Position numbers and translations under genes: made by a program
Shown: positions 19,920 through 30,460 of the stretch, piece by piece
Numbering within the stretch: position 1 is the stretch's first letter
Layout: each line of letters begins with the position of its first letter
The notes under the pieces: generated by a model
Database searches by the model: none
Told to the model about the DNA's origin: nothing
What the model saw: the letters and a program-made list of their open reading frames with translations, nothing else
Source: a bacterium
GTDB taxonomy: Bacteria > Zhuqueibacterota > Zhuqueibacteria > Oceanimicrobiales > Oceanimicrobiaceae
Assembly: GCA_046757025.1 (NCBI GenBank)
Contig: JBHHXN010000012.1
Coordinates: forward strand, 1 to 64,000
Direction: 5' to 3'
Length of the DNA stretch: 64,000 nt

Positions 19920-20729
19920 TTAGTTAAAATTAGTTATTCCATTTATATGCAACGATTTATCTATGATTTTTTTATCCGCATCTACCACCGTACCATGGCA
20001 AAGATAACACTGTTCCACAGCGGGATGAATGCCGCCCGGTGGTAAACTATGACAGGTACCACACGCAGCTTGAGTGCCATCCACGATTGTCCAGGTTGGA
20101 ACATTTTCTTGATTTCCAAATTCAAAATTTCCATGACAATAAACGGCGCTACACGAACGTGAGTCCGCATCCCATTTGGGAATGGCTTCTCCTTCAATTG
20201 CCAGACCGCTGAAATTGACTTCCGCCGGTAAAGGGGAATCGAAATGGCCGGCCGCAAATGCGGAATCGGGTACCACATGACAACTGCTACATGGGATGCC
20301 ATCGGTTAAAATGTTTCCATTGATGTGGGTCGTATGGGCGCCAACCCCGCGCTCGGTAGTAAGCTGACTCCCGTCCACATTGTTTGGCGGAGCGCCGGTA
20401 TCGTTGTCGAGGCCGCCGTGGCAAGTGGTACAATCCTCCGGCGTGGCCGGATGGCAGGCACTAACGTTGCAGGACGTGTTCGCGATACCGCCGGAGTAAT
20501 CGGCGCCATGGCACTGTTGACACCTTTTCAAATCCCACCCGGAGTCGCGCAGAAATCGTCCGTGAAATTTCAACGATCCAACATCCTTCCAACCGATTTC
20601 ATGAACTTCCAAACGCGTTTGCGTTTCAGTTGGAAAGGGCTCTCTCAAGTCTGCACAGTTCCATATGAGCAGAGACATTAAAAAGCAATAAATTGAAGTG
20701 GTTACACTTGTTTTCATCTCAAATTTCAT
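19920..20729 (-). CDS. Multiheme lipoprotein cytochrome with CxxxxCH/CxxCH domain
   Basis: Lipobox IWNC; 5 CxxCH plus CNVSACH and CSAVYCHG...CGTCH (Geobacter-type CxxxxCH...CxxCH repeat). Confidence 0.85.
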   Translation of the reverse strand: MKFEMKTSVTTSIYCFLMSLLIWNCADLREPFPTETQTRLEVHEIGWKDVGSLKFHGRFLRDSGWDLKRCQQCHGADYSGGIANTSCNVSACHPATPEDCTTCHGGLDNDTGAPPNNVDGSQLTTERGVGAHTTHINGNILTDGIPCSSCHVVPDSAFAAGHFDSPLPAEVNFSGLAIEGEAIPKWDADSRSCSAVYCHGNFEFGNQENVPTWTIVDGTQAACGTCHSLPPGGIHPAVEQCYLCHGTVVDADKKIIDKSLHINGITNFN

Positions 20730-20758
20730 TTTTTAAATAATAGTTAGGTTCTTTATTT

Positions 20759-20774
20759 TACAATAATTATGCCA
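20759..20774 (-). promoter_or_regulatory. Sigma54-like -24/-12 promoter
   Basis: Minus strand TGGCATAATTATTGTA, 30 bp upstream of the 20729 start; -12 element reads TTGT. Confidence 0.5.
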
Positions 20775-20915
20775 CTCAAAAACTTGGACAAGAATGACTG
20801 TTAAATACTATTTAAATTACTGTTAATTTATGGATTAAGATTAGATGAATACATCCTTATTGATTATGAGGTTGTATTTCTATTCTCATTTTCAAGAAAT
20901 TAAAAAATGGATTTC

Positions 20916-22580
20916 TTACATTTGAGAAATCTTTTTTCGATATTTCGAATAGATCAAAGACACCATCAGCAACACCAGGCCGACAACAATAAAAAACAAG
21001 ATACGAAATTCCGCACTGAGTCTGGCCATATCCACAAACAAGACATGGATCATCATGGCGAAGATGGTGGCAAAGGCCATCCAGCGGTATTTGGTATTTT
21101 TTAATAACAGACTCAAGCCAAAATAAAAGAGTGCCGCCAGCAGCCAGGACACACTCACATAATAACCCGGCACGGCATGATACAGCCCATACAAAACCAT
21201 GACGTAGGCGGAAATTAAATAAGCATTTCTGATCATGTCGGTTTTGAGCTGCAACCGATCTTTTTGCCAATTTAAAATTCGCGCACTCACCAAGGCCACC
21301 ACCGCGTAGCTCAAATTAACAAAATCATGGGATGGCGAAGTGTTCAAATAGAGCAGTAAAATTGCCAGAAAAATGAAAATATTCACCACGATAATAATTC
21401 TGGAGCGAAACCAGATGGCTGTGGAGATGACCAGCAGGCTCTGCCAGCTCAACCAGACAAAATAGTCAGGAGCATCAAATTGGGCAAAAATGGCAATGCT
21501 CAACGTCATATAGGCAAAGCTGACATACACCGCCGAACCGTATTTGCTTTGCTTTTGCAGCCAGTACCAGATGGCCATAGTGATAAAAAATATCGCCATT
21601 CCCAAACTGGTTAATTCGATATTCGATTTAAAGAAGGTCAAGGAAACCAGAGAACCAAGGATTAAAAATCCGACGCTGTTGGCCAGGCTTTGAAACAATT
21701 CGAAAAATTCAGGGGGTTTCTCTTTGGTTGGCAATAAGCTCGCGCAGGCGAAAGTGCCAGCGTATAAATAGACATAAAACAGATTAAAGTGATGCTCGGC
21801 AAGGGCTTGCATGGGTTTACCCATGATGGGATTGTTCAGCATCCAGATCATATGGGCAAAATAGGCGGACACCAGGCTAAACATTAATAACGCTCGCCAT
21901 TGAAAACGGAAATAAAAATAAACGGAAATCATGGCCGAAAGAGCGATTAATATCAAAGTGAAATGCGTTGTGTCGCTAAAAAGGCTGGTAGCATAACAAA
22001 GAAACAAAGAAAGCCCGGTTAGGATGGGACTGGCACGTTTTAATGAGAAATACAGCAGCGCGCCTAAAACCGCAATTAACGGCACCAGGCCCGCTACTTT
22101 GTCGGCCAACACAGGATTGGGATTGAAAAAATGGAGTCGCAAAGTAGCAAAATAGGTGAGAAAAAGACCCGCCCCAAAGAGTATTTTTGAAAGATATTTA
22201 AAATTCTTGCTCCAATAAAAGGAAAGCCCAAAAACCCCGGCTACGGCCAGATAGCCCAAAAAACTGGTTAAAATTGGTGAGATAGATTCGAAAGGATAGC
22301 TGATGAAAAACGCAATCCCCAACAGCAGTACAATCGAACCCAATTGCGCTAACCAGAATTCACCGATTCTGAATTCCAAACCTACAGACGATGGCGAAGC
22401 CAATACACTCTCACCCAGAACTTGCGATTCATTAAATTCCAAGCCGGAGTGAACTAGCTCAGTCTGTGCAGAAAGCTTTTCCAGGCTCTGTTCAATTCGT
22501 TCAACACGTGCTTCCAATTGGCTCACCCGTTCCAGAATTTTGTTCAAATCCCGCGGAACAGAATGACTCTCATTCGGCAT
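20916..22580 (-). CDS. DUF2339-like polytopic membrane protein
   Basis: N-terminal coiled coil, LEFRIGEFWLAQLG motif, many TM helices, C-terminal DM..L...FRILFFI.VG. Confidence 0.75.
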   Translation of the reverse strand: MPNESHSVPRDLNKILERVSQLEARVERIEQSLEKLSAQTELVHSGLEFNESQVLGESVLASPSSVGLEFRIGEFWLAQLGSIVLLLGIAFFISYPFESISPILTSFLGYLAVAGVFGLSFYWSKNFKYLSKILFGAGLFLTYFATLRLHFFNPNPVLADKVAGLVPLIAVLGALLYFSLKRASPILTGLSLFLCYATSLFSDTTHFTLILIALSAMISVYFYFRFQWRALLMFSLVSAYFAHMIWMLNNPIMGKPMQALAEHHFNLFYVYLYAGTFACASLLPTKEKPPEFFELFQSLANSVGFLILGSLVSLTFFKSNIELTSLGMAIFFITMAIWYWLQKQSKYGSAVYVSFAYMTLSIAIFAQFDAPDYFVWLSWQSLLVISTAIWFRSRIIIVVNIFIFLAILLLYLNTSPSHDFVNLSYAVVALVSARILNWQKDRLQLKTDMIRNAYLISAYVMVLYGLYHAVPGYYVSVSWLLAALFYFGLSLLLKNTKYRWMAFATIFAMMIHVLFVDMARLSAEFRILFFIVVGLVLLMVSLIYSKYRKKISQM

Positions 22581-22780
22581 GAATTCTTCTCACAATCATC
22601 CTTAAAAGTAAAGAGCATTGACGGAACGATAATGGAAAAAGATCGTAAACCACTTTTGTTGCTCAGACACGTGTCCGCGTCGCTCCGAAAAACAAGGATT
22701 TCACGAGTAACTGAGCATCCCTTTTTCCATTCAAGTAATCAGGAAAAAATCGGGAGCGAGTTTTACTGCAAATCGTCTTT

Positions 22781-24079
22781 TTACGTTAAATCCCTGACCG
22801 GGTGTTCTTTATCCAGGTCTTTGATTTTCATGTAGAGACCGATGGCCAGGATCAGGATAAAAACAATTGAAAAGGCCAATCCTTTGCGTCGAAATTGTAA
22901 TTCATTCAGCGCAGTACGACCGGCATGAAGCGCCTGCTCTACTAATTTCAAACCTTGGTTGGTAACTTCTTCTGTTTTACTCACAGATAAGCTGTGTACG
23001 ATGGTTCGGGCTTTAATCAAAGCATCATCGGCATCTTTTAACTGGAACAAAGCTTCGCTCACCTGCATGCCGGCGCGTTCGGCTTTGGTCACTAAACTAT
23101 CGGCGTAGTAGATTTTTGTTTTTAGATTGTCAATCTGCTGACGAATGGCATAGGCCGTGACATAGCCTTTCGAATCTTCTTCATGGCAGTCCAGACAAAT
23201 GCTCTCCTCCCCGGTGCCGATCATGGCTTCGGTGGGATGCAGGATTTCATGATTGCCATGACAGGTTTCGCATTCCGGCAGCTCCAACTCCTCAAAGGCC
23301 GCCCGGTGGGGGCTTTTCAAAAACAGCTCGCTGTTGTTTAAATGGCACTGCCCGCAAATAAATGCAATGGAAGGCGCACCCGGAGGTGAGGCGCCATGAT
23401 TGCCGTGACAATCGTTACAGGCGGGGGCCGCCTGATCGCCTTTTTCTAACAACGCAACACCATGCACACTTTTTTTATAAGCCGCAATCTGATCGCTGGG
23501 GATACCGTAATCTTGCATGTACTCTGCATCGGCATGACATTTTCCACAGGTGTCCGGAATGTTCAGGGGATACACAGAGGAACGAGAATCTTTTGCGTTG
23601 CGGATTCCGTGAACACCGTGGCAATCGGTGCAGGTAGCTACTTTGGTGTCGCCCTTTTTCAGCCGTCGGCCATGCACACTGGTTTTGTAGCGTGCCAATT
23701 GATCTGTGGAAACCCTGGGGTTGAATTTGCGCATGTACTGGGGATCCTGATGACACCGGGCACAGAATTTGGGGATTTCCGTGCGGTCGGGCACGCCGAT
23801 GTAGCCTTTATCCGGATTCATGGCGGCTTCGGAGTCGCCGTCAAAACCGGCTTCGGGATCGCCGCCGTGGCAATCGGCACACGACAAACCCTGTTGAGTA
23901 TGTACGTCTTCTTTCATGCCTTCTACCGGCGCCGCCAGTTCATCTCCCATTTCCAAATGGCAGGAAATGCAACTGTTGCCTTCAGCCGGTTGCGTTTCTT
24001 CCTGTGAAGTGACCGTACTAAATCCACCAACGACAAATATCATTATCAACATGAATATCAACATACCTGAATATCGCAT
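22781..24079 (-). CDS. Membrane-anchored nonaheme cytochrome c, subunit of Rieske/cytochrome b complex
   Basis: 9 CxxCH with Y..SVHG spacers; helical stalk and C-terminal TM; directly after cytochrome b. Confidence 0.88.
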   Translation of the reverse strand: MRYSGMLIFMLIMIFVVGGFSTVTSQEETQPAEGNSCISCHLEMGDELAAPVEGMKEDVHTQQGLSCADCHGGDPEAGFDGDSEAAMNPDKGYIGVPDRTEIPKFCARCHQDPQYMRKFNPRVSTDQLARYKTSVHGRRLKKGDTKVATCTDCHGVHGIRNAKDSRSSVYPLNIPDTCGKCHADAEYMQDYGIPSDQIAAYKKSVHGVALLEKGDQAAPACNDCHGNHGASPPGAPSIAFICGQCHLNNSELFLKSPHRAAFEELELPECETCHGNHEILHPTEAMIGTGEESICLDCHEEDSKGYVTAYAIRQQIDNLKTKIYYADSLVTKAERAGMQVSEALFQLKDADDALIKARTIVHSLSVSKTEEVTNQGLKLVEQALHAGRTALNELQFRRKGLAFSIVFILILAIGLYMKIKDLDKEHPVRDLT

Positions 24080-24103
24080 TTCTATTTTCCTTTAAAATGA
24101 ATT

Positions 24104-25249
24104 TTAAAACGTTTGCGGTACAGTGTAAGAAATGATGGTCATCGCAATGATGTAAATCAACGCAACGATACCAATAATGGTGAATTTTTTGCTAACTTCA
24201 CCCACTTTAGATTGGCGATCCAAGAATGGCACCAGGACGAACAGAGCGCCCATAATGCCAAAAAATAAAACACCCAGAAGTTCTCCATCCAGAAAAAGAA
24301 TCTTAGCCGGGATGAATTTTAAGGTTTGAAACATGAAGATGAAATACCATTCCGGGGTGATGCCGGCTGGTGCAGGTGCAAAGGGGTCTGCTTTAACTCC
24401 CAGCTCCCATGGAAACAAAGCCGCAATCGCCGCTAAAACTCCTAAAGCCAGCACCCAACCCAGCAGGTCGCGCAAAAGAAAATTCGGGAAAAAGGGCATG
24501 GCTTTCATTTTCACTCCTTTTTTTTCTAAATGCAGGGGCAAACTCATGCCCTGTTTTTGCACAACCATCAAATGAATTGCCAGCAACAAGGCGGAAATCA
24601 TCGGCAACACAGCCACATGGAAACCAAAAAAACGTGTCAGGGTAGCACCGGTGACGTCTTCGCCGCCGCGTAAAAATTTCAACAAAAAGTTGCCAACCAC
24701 CGGTACCACCGCAACAATTTCGGTTCCTACTTTGGTGGCAAAAAAAGCCAGCTCATTCCATGGCAGTAAATAGCCTGAAAATCCAAATCCTAAAGATAAA
24801 AACAACAAAAACGCGCCGGTCACCCAGGTCAGCTCTCTGGGTTTACGATACGCTTTCATAAAAAATACACTGAACAGGTGAATGAACGCGGCCAGGATCA
24901 TCAAGTTTGCCGACCAGCTATGAATCGAACGGATAAGCCAGCCAAAACGCACTTCGGTCATGATAAACTGGACGCTTTCAAATGCCGATTCTGCTGTGGG
25001 ACGATAATAAAGTAACAACATGATTCCCGTGACCACCTGGATTACAAAAAAGAACAGAGTAATCCCACCAAAATAATACCAAATGGTATGCCGATGAATG
25101 GGAACCTCTTTCTTTTTGAAGAAGTATTCCATGGCGCTGAGATCATAGCGCTCTTTCAGCCAACGCAAAATGGGTGAGCCCGAAACATCCTGGACTTCTG
25201 TCTTTGTATCTTCTATTTTGATTTCGACTTCTTTTTCAATCTGTGACAT
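24104..25249 (-). CDS. Cytochrome b of Rieske/cytochrome b complex (b6 + subunit IV in one chain)
   Basis: RSIHSWSAN...IHL and FHVAVLP...IHL heme b His pairs; GYLLPW; Qo motif PEWY. Confidence 0.93.
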   Translation of the reverse strand: MSQIEKEVEIKIEDTKTEVQDVSGSPILRWLKERYDLSAMEYFFKKKEVPIHRHTIWYYFGGITLFFFVIQVVTGIMLLLYYRPTAESAFESVQFIMTEVRFGWLIRSIHSWSANLMILAAFIHLFSVFFMKAYRKPRELTWVTGAFLLFLSLGFGFSGYLLPWNELAFFATKVGTEIVAVVPVVGNFLLKFLRGGEDVTGATLTRFFGFHVAVLPMISALLLAIHLMVVQKQGMSLPLHLEKKGVKMKAMPFFPNFLLRDLLGWVLALGVLAAIAALFPWELGVKADPFAPAPAGITPEWYFIFMFQTLKFIPAKILFLDGELLGVLFFGIMGALFVLVPFLDRQSKVGEVSKKFTIIGIVALIYIIAMTIISYTVPQTF

Positions 25250-25285
25250 GATTTATCCCTGCTTTTTTCTTTATGAAAAATTTAA

Positions 25286-25774
25286 TCAAGCTACTTTGGT
25301 AACCACAATATCTTCGCCGCTGATATCCACCTGGTACGACTCCAGAGGCCGGGGCGGTGGACCTGCAATATTTTTGCCGGTTAAGTCAAAATGGCCGTTG
25401 TGACACGCACACCAGATGTGCTTAAAATCGGCTCGATATTGCACCGTGCAATCCAGGTGGGTACAAATAGCTGAAAATGCCACATATTCGTCGGCTTGGG
25501 TATGAATCAAGATGCCGGGCTTGCTTCCAAATCGAAATACCTTACCGGAATTGATGGGTAGTTCGCCAACTTTCGCTGCCACCACGCTGTTTTGTACCGC
25601 TTCCTGCACTTTCGGCGGAATAACGAAATTGATGATGGGCGCTAAAATAGCACCCAGCGTGGTGACCAGGCCGCCCCCCATCAAAATGTTTACGACTTTT
25701 CTGCGGGAAATTTTTTTGCCTTCGGATAGATGGTTTCCCGAGGGATGGTTCGCATTCGTTGATTCAGATTTCAT
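25286..25774 (-). CDS. Rieske [2Fe-2S] protein
   Basis: SRR + TM anchor; CTHLDC and CACHNG boxes; GPPPRPL; ATG 25774 after GAGGAG. Confidence 0.93.
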   Translation of the reverse strand: MKSESTNANHPSGNHLSEGKKISRRKVVNILMGGGLVTTLGAILAPIINFVIPPKVQEAVQNSVVAAKVGELPINSGKVFRFGSKPGILIHTQADEYVAFSAICTHLDCTVQYRADFKHIWCACHNGHFDLTGKNIAGPPPRPLESYQVDISGEDIVVTKVA

Positions 25775-25928
25775 TCGTCTCCTCACAATATTATTATTTT
25801 TTTCAATTCATTATTAATTAGCCAAGTAACTAAATCAATCATGTACGTTCAAATTTGAACACGAAGAGGAATTTTGTTCTTTCGTGGATGATTTTTATTT
25901 TTTAAGAGTACTCCTTTTTTGTCAGATT

Positions 25929-26061
25929 TAGATAGTGATTGACCGAAAACTCGATTCTTAATGTCATTCCTGCGATCTCCTGGCTAAATCTAAATACATG
26001 CAAGGACAAGCCTTGTGCAGGAAAGACAGGTAATGGCTGTTTTCGGGCCAATCACTATCTA
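25929..26061. mobile_element. MITE-like element
   Basis: ~22-bp near-perfect IR TAGATAGTGATTGACCGAAAAC / GTTTTCGGGCCAATCACTATCTA enclosing TGTCATTCCTGC...GCAGGAAAGACA. Confidence 0.65.
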
Positions 26062-26306
26062 ATTGAATATAAATCCTGCACTCCAAAAAACCGCGCTAAA
26101 ATATACAATTTTTGAATACAATGCAACAAAAAATTCAACGAAGAAAAATAAAAAATCGAAAAATGCTACACTCGTTTAATCTGTCACTCAATCAATTGAA
26201 TTTAGCGGATTTTTCATCCATGATGCTATTGATCAAATATTATCACCTCGGCGTTTTCGTGTAGTTCAAACTCAATCCGGCGTTTCGCGTAAAACTCTGA
26301 AAACAC

Positions 26307-26345
26307 AAAAGAAAACCCTCTGCTCTGAAAAGCGGGAGAGGGTTT
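26307..26345 (-). terminator. Probable intrinsic terminator downstream of HAO-like gene
   Basis: AAACCCTC...GAGGGTTT stem with T-rich tail on the minus strand. Confidence 0.55.
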
Positions 26346-26662
26346 GAGTGACGCCATATTTTTGTCAGAAATTAATTTCTGAATGACGCAAAAGTAAAAT
26401 TTTGCCAAATCTCATTCTTTGAAATGGACACAGGTCACAGTAGAAATCCACCGGCTTCCTTCCCGGTTCGTTTCCACACTCATTTTCAGTACGACGGTTC
26501 AAAAATAATTCATCCGATCCTACCCGCAAATCTCATTTACTGAGTGGTAAAAAAATCACCATTTACTGGTTTTCTTAGCTGCCCGTATTTTAAATTAAGA
26601 GTTGGATTGGTCTCCTGGCAGTCAATTCACCTGCGCGTGCAAAAGCAGTTCGTTTCCTGTAG

Positions 26663-28336
26663 TTAATGGTTTTCGGGATTTTCTTTTTTTCTCTCGAAAT
26701 TCCAGCCCTTGAATTCACCGGATTTGAGTTTGTAAAAAACACCGGCTGGCAGTTTTTGTTTTACTACCTGTTCTTGAAACGCTCGCGTATCGAGGTCGTT
26801 TCTTTTTGAATAAAAATCGAAAACCTGCTGGGTGTCGAATTTCGTACCCAGATAGTATTCCTTGTCCTGGTAGCGTTTTTCCCAGAGTCGCCATTGCTTT
26901 TCAGACAGCAGGCCGTTTTTATAGGCGGCTTGGACATTCTTGCGCACTTCTTCCCAGTAGTTAGGAAATTGATTGTAAACGAACGGCGTGCGATTGGCTT
27001 GCGTGTTGATGCCCCAGGCGCTCCCCGGTACGTCGTACAGCGCAAATGGGATAAACTTAGCTGGATCATTTGAGTTAACCCATTCCAGCGCTTCCACGTA
27101 ACCGGCTTCCGCTGCAAATTTCATCAGCTCGATGACATCTTCCTGAATCTCCCAGATGCCGTGCCATTGGGTAAAATCGGCGCCCATCATCTCGGCGCCG
27201 TGCCGGAATCGTCGGCCTTCGTGATGCCAGGCATAGTACATCAGCTCTTCTGGCTCCTCGTCCCAGCCGTTCAGAACCGGGTTCGAATAGAATTTACCGT
27301 CGGCTTGCATGCGGTCGATGACGCCGTCCTCAGTCATGCGCTTCGTCCAGTCCACAAAAAAGCGGCGAATTTCGTTATACTGCAAGTTCACCAGATCGGC
27401 AGTCAGAAGGTACATGCCGACGAAATCTGGCGCATGACAGCTCTGGCAGATGGACTCCATGCGCTCGCGCTTCTTCTCCCAGCTCCCGAGATTTTCTTCA
27501 TCCCACACGGTTCGGTAGCTCCAGGGCGCTTGCGATTCCCAGGCCAGACGGGCGCTGACGTCGTGGGTCATGGGCTGCTTTTCATTTCCGTCCATGTGGC
27601 AGGTGGTGCAAACCGGCGCTTCGATGGGAATTTCTTCATTATTATAGGTTGAATAATTCATATCCCATTTCTTACCCAGGGCCTTGAAAATATTGCCATG
27701 TTTGGATTCGTTATAAATCTCAATGTGTGGATGATCCGGTCCGATGTGACACTCGCCGCAGGTTTCCGGCTGGCGCGCTACCGCTTTGGAGTAGGAATGC
27801 TTGGCGTGGCAGGCGTCGCACTCGCCCACGCTGTTGTCGGGCCAGACCGTGCCGATATTGTGACACTGTTCACAACCGTGGCGGGTAGCGATGGGAAACT
27901 CAAACACCGAACGATCGGCGTTCTTCATCACCCAGAACTGGTGCGCATGCTTGCTGTTAGCGAATTCCTCAACTTCTGAATCGTGGCATTCTGCGCAGTC
28001 TTTCGGCGTCGGATGCCGGCCAACTACTATTTCGCTGCCCGTGCACTGGAACGCATCCCATTCGCCTTCCTGGGCGCCGTGGCATTCTCCACAGCCGACC
28101 CCAAGTTCGGCGTGCTTGCTTTGCTGCCACTGTCGAATGACGCCGACGGCGATGCCTTCCTTCTCATGGCAGGCAACACACTTTTGGGTTTCTTCGGTTA
28201 ATATCATTTCCGGCTTGTTTGCCTCTACATTTTTCATTTGTGCAACCGTCCCACCTGCCAGGAACGTGACCAGCACGGCAACGAAAAACCCAATGATTCT
28301 TTTTCGCCCAAATTGGTTTTCTGTGTTAAGCATCAT
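26663..28336 (-). CDS. Octaheme hydroxylamine oxidoreductase (HAO)-family cytochrome, probably reductive type
   Basis: 8 CxxCH with HAO spacing (CDACH..H, PETCGECH.GPDHP..EIY.ESKHG, APVCTTCHM); C-terminal GADFTQWHG. Confidence 0.88.
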   Translation of the reverse strand: MMLNTENQFGRKRIIGFFVAVLVTFLAGGTVAQMKNVEANKPEMILTEETQKCVACHEKEGIAVGVIRQWQQSKHAELGVGCGECHGAQEGEWDAFQCTGSEIVVGRHPTPKDCAECHDSEVEEFANSKHAHQFWVMKNADRSVFEFPIATRHGCEQCHNIGTVWPDNSVGECDACHAKHSYSKAVARQPETCGECHIGPDHPHIEIYNESKHGNIFKALGKKWDMNYSTYNNEEIPIEAPVCTTCHMDGNEKQPMTHDVSARLAWESQAPWSYRTVWDEENLGSWEKKRERMESICQSCHAPDFVGMYLLTADLVNLQYNEIRRFFVDWTKRMTEDGVIDRMQADGKFYSNPVLNGWDEEPEELMYYAWHHEGRRFRHGAEMMGADFTQWHGIWEIQEDVIELMKFAAEAGYVEALEWVNSNDPAKFIPFALYDVPGSAWGINTQANRTPFVYNQFPNYWEEVRKNVQAAYKNGLLSEKQWRLWEKRYQDKEYYLGTKFDTQQVFDFYSKRNDLDTRAFQEQVVKQKLPAGVFYKLKSGEFKGWNFERKKENPENH

Positions 28337-28669
28337 TTTGTACTCCAATATAAAATTAAAAATTTAATTCAAGCAAACAGAGTATTGAAATTTAGAGACT
28401 GAATCAAAACTCAATAGTTTACGCTTCTGTCATCCCCCGCTTTGCGGGGCCGGCAGCAGGCCTCTTCTTAGATTTAACGCAAAGCATTGTTTATTAAAAT
28501 GATTCTTTCAGAATGTCAATTTTGGCATTTCTGGTTTTTAGTTGATGGTGCGATTTTACATAGAATCCTTTCACCATTTTTGACGCTTTTCTAATAAAAT
28601 GAAAAATAAGCTATCATCAATCATTCTCTTCTCGGTCTTCTCTTGTATAAAATCTATGCACGCAAATAG

Positions 28670-30184
28670 TTATTTAAAACGATAGGTCAAAGTCATCTTG
28701 AGCTCCCAAGGGTTTTCATCGTAGGTGGTGTTGCCGTTGATCAAGAGCCGGGCGCCATCGCCGGCGAACAAATAACCGCCTCGCAGGGTCCAAACGAGCT
28801 GCGGGTAAATGTTGTAGTCGATTTTAAAATCGATTTCACTACCGATGGATTTGGAGGATTCGCCACTGAATTCAGTAGTGGAAATCACACCGTTGGTATC
28901 GGCGTCCGCCCAGCCGTGGATGTCCTGAGTGGCTCTCAGTAGAGAATACGAAGCCATGAGTTTTAATTTCGGCATCGGTTTGAGCAGGAGATTTCCTTGA
29001 ATGAGCGTGGTGTTTTCCAGCTCACGGTAGCCTCGAGTGTTGGGCGCGCCCAAACCCTGCGGTGAGATGCCTTCTTCGTCTGGCATGATGCTGTCTTCCC
29101 ACAACTCTGTGATATAAAAATAACCCATGGTTTTCAACTTGTTCACATTACCGCTGCCGCCGGTCAGATCGTCGTCGCCGGAGCCCATGCCAAAGGTCAA
29201 ACCCACGTTCACTTTCGGGTCTAAATCCTTATTGGCTTTCACATAGAAATTGAAACCGTTGATATCGCCGTCATTCACATCCGCTAATTGATTTGCACCA
29301 GAATCGGAATTGCCGACATCGTCTTTACCGGTCAGGTAGTCGAATTCACTGACGAGCGTGAAGCCTTTTTCTTTATCCACATAATCGAAAGTCAGTCCGA
29401 ATGCCGCTAACTTGCTGACGTGGGGTGCAAACCGGGTGCGAAAGTAATCGATGCCGTTGGGCATAAAAGTGCTGCCGTCATCGTCGCCGCGATCCATGAA
29501 ATACATGCCGAAGGCACCAAAGGCCGCCTTGCCGCTTTTACGTTTAAACTTAGCCAGAAACAGATCGGCGTCGTCGCCGTCGGCCCCGCCAGAAGCCGAA
29601 AGATCGTTGTCAGTTAGCGCCTGAACACCTTCGGAGACTTTGGCCCAGCCCAATCCTATTTTTCCGGATTTGGTATCGAAATCCACCTGCACGCCGTCGA
29701 AGTTGCTGTCGAGTACGATTTTGTTGCCCAACCCGAAGTACATTCTTCCAACCCGAAAATGGATGGGGATGGCGGCGCCCGGCACTATAAAATCCAGGTA
29801 GCCGATATCCACGTGCAAGCCGTAATTGGTGTCTTTGTTGCTGAATCGCGCTGAAAGATTGGAGTTGTCGTCGTCGAGCTCGCCGCGAAAATCGTCGTTG
29901 TCCACACCCCACCAGCCCTGTGCCAGATCAAATCGGGTGACGGCTTTCAAATGATCCGAAACCGCCAGATTGAGGTTCAAACGCAGCATCTGTACCACGT
30001 AATTATCGTTGTAATCAGATTTTCCGAAAAAGAAATTTTGCTGCTTCTGAAACCAGGCGGTGTAAACGCCGTTGATTTTCAGTTTAAATCCCTCTTCAGC
30101 TTTTTTCTCCTGGGTCTGACCAACTACCGTCAGTCCACAAAGCAAAATCGCGGTCAAAAAGAAACTTACGAATTTTTTCATCAT
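28670..30184 (-). CDS. Outer-membrane porin, alginate export (AlgE)-like
   Basis: Signal peptide, RVGRM.F.LG, FDGV, GSEIDFKIDY, terminal YRFK. Confidence 0.75.
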   Translation of the reverse strand: MMKKFVSFFLTAILLCGLTVVGQTQEKKAEEGFKLKINGVYTAWFQKQQNFFFGKSDYNDNYVVQMLRLNLNLAVSDHLKAVTRFDLAQGWWGVDNDDFRGELDDDNSNLSARFSNKDTNYGLHVDIGYLDFIVPGAAIPIHFRVGRMYFGLGNKIVLDSNFDGVQVDFDTKSGKIGLGWAKVSEGVQALTDNDLSASGGADGDDADLFLAKFKRKSGKAAFGAFGMYFMDRGDDDGSTFMPNGIDYFRTRFAPHVSKLAAFGLTFDYVDKEKGFTLVSEFDYLTGKDDVGNSDSGANQLADVNDGDINGFNFYVKANKDLDPKVNVGLTFGMGSGDDDLTGGSGNVNKLKTMGYFYITELWEDSIMPDEEGISPQGLGAPNTRGYRELENTTLIQGNLLLKPMPKLKLMASYSLLRATQDIHGWADADTNGVISTTEFSGESSKSIGSEIDFKIDYNIYPQLVWTLRGGYLFAGDGARLLINGNTTYDENPWELKMTLTYRFK

Positions 30185-30231
30185 TCCTTCTCCTTGTTTT
30201 AATCATTTAGCATCACAATTGAATTAATGAC

Positions 30232-30421
30232 TAACATTTCTCACATCAATTAGCTGATAGGACTACTATATAAACAATATCTTAAATGTCATTCTGGAAG
30301 AATCTTTTTAGTTTTAAGAAACGAGAATTGAAGTAGCACCTGTGCTGAAAATCAAAAAGATTCCTATAGAATGACAGCTTTGATAGTCTTTTTTTAACCG
30401 TAACTTAAGTGAGAAATGTTA
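30232..30421. mobile_element. MITE-like element
   Basis: Perfect 13-bp IR TAACATTTCTCAC / GTGAGAAATGTTA enclosing TGTCATTCT..GAATCTTTTT...AAAAAGATTC..AGAATGACA. Confidence 0.6.
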
Positions 30422-30460
30422 ATAATTTATCTTTGAAACAACTTCACAAAACCAACTAGC

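Noticed and set aside
26346..26662. Possible ncRNA or short CxxC-containing ORF between the HAO-like stop and its terminator
   Set aside because: No RBS-supported ORF and no recognisable RNA family; left unexplained
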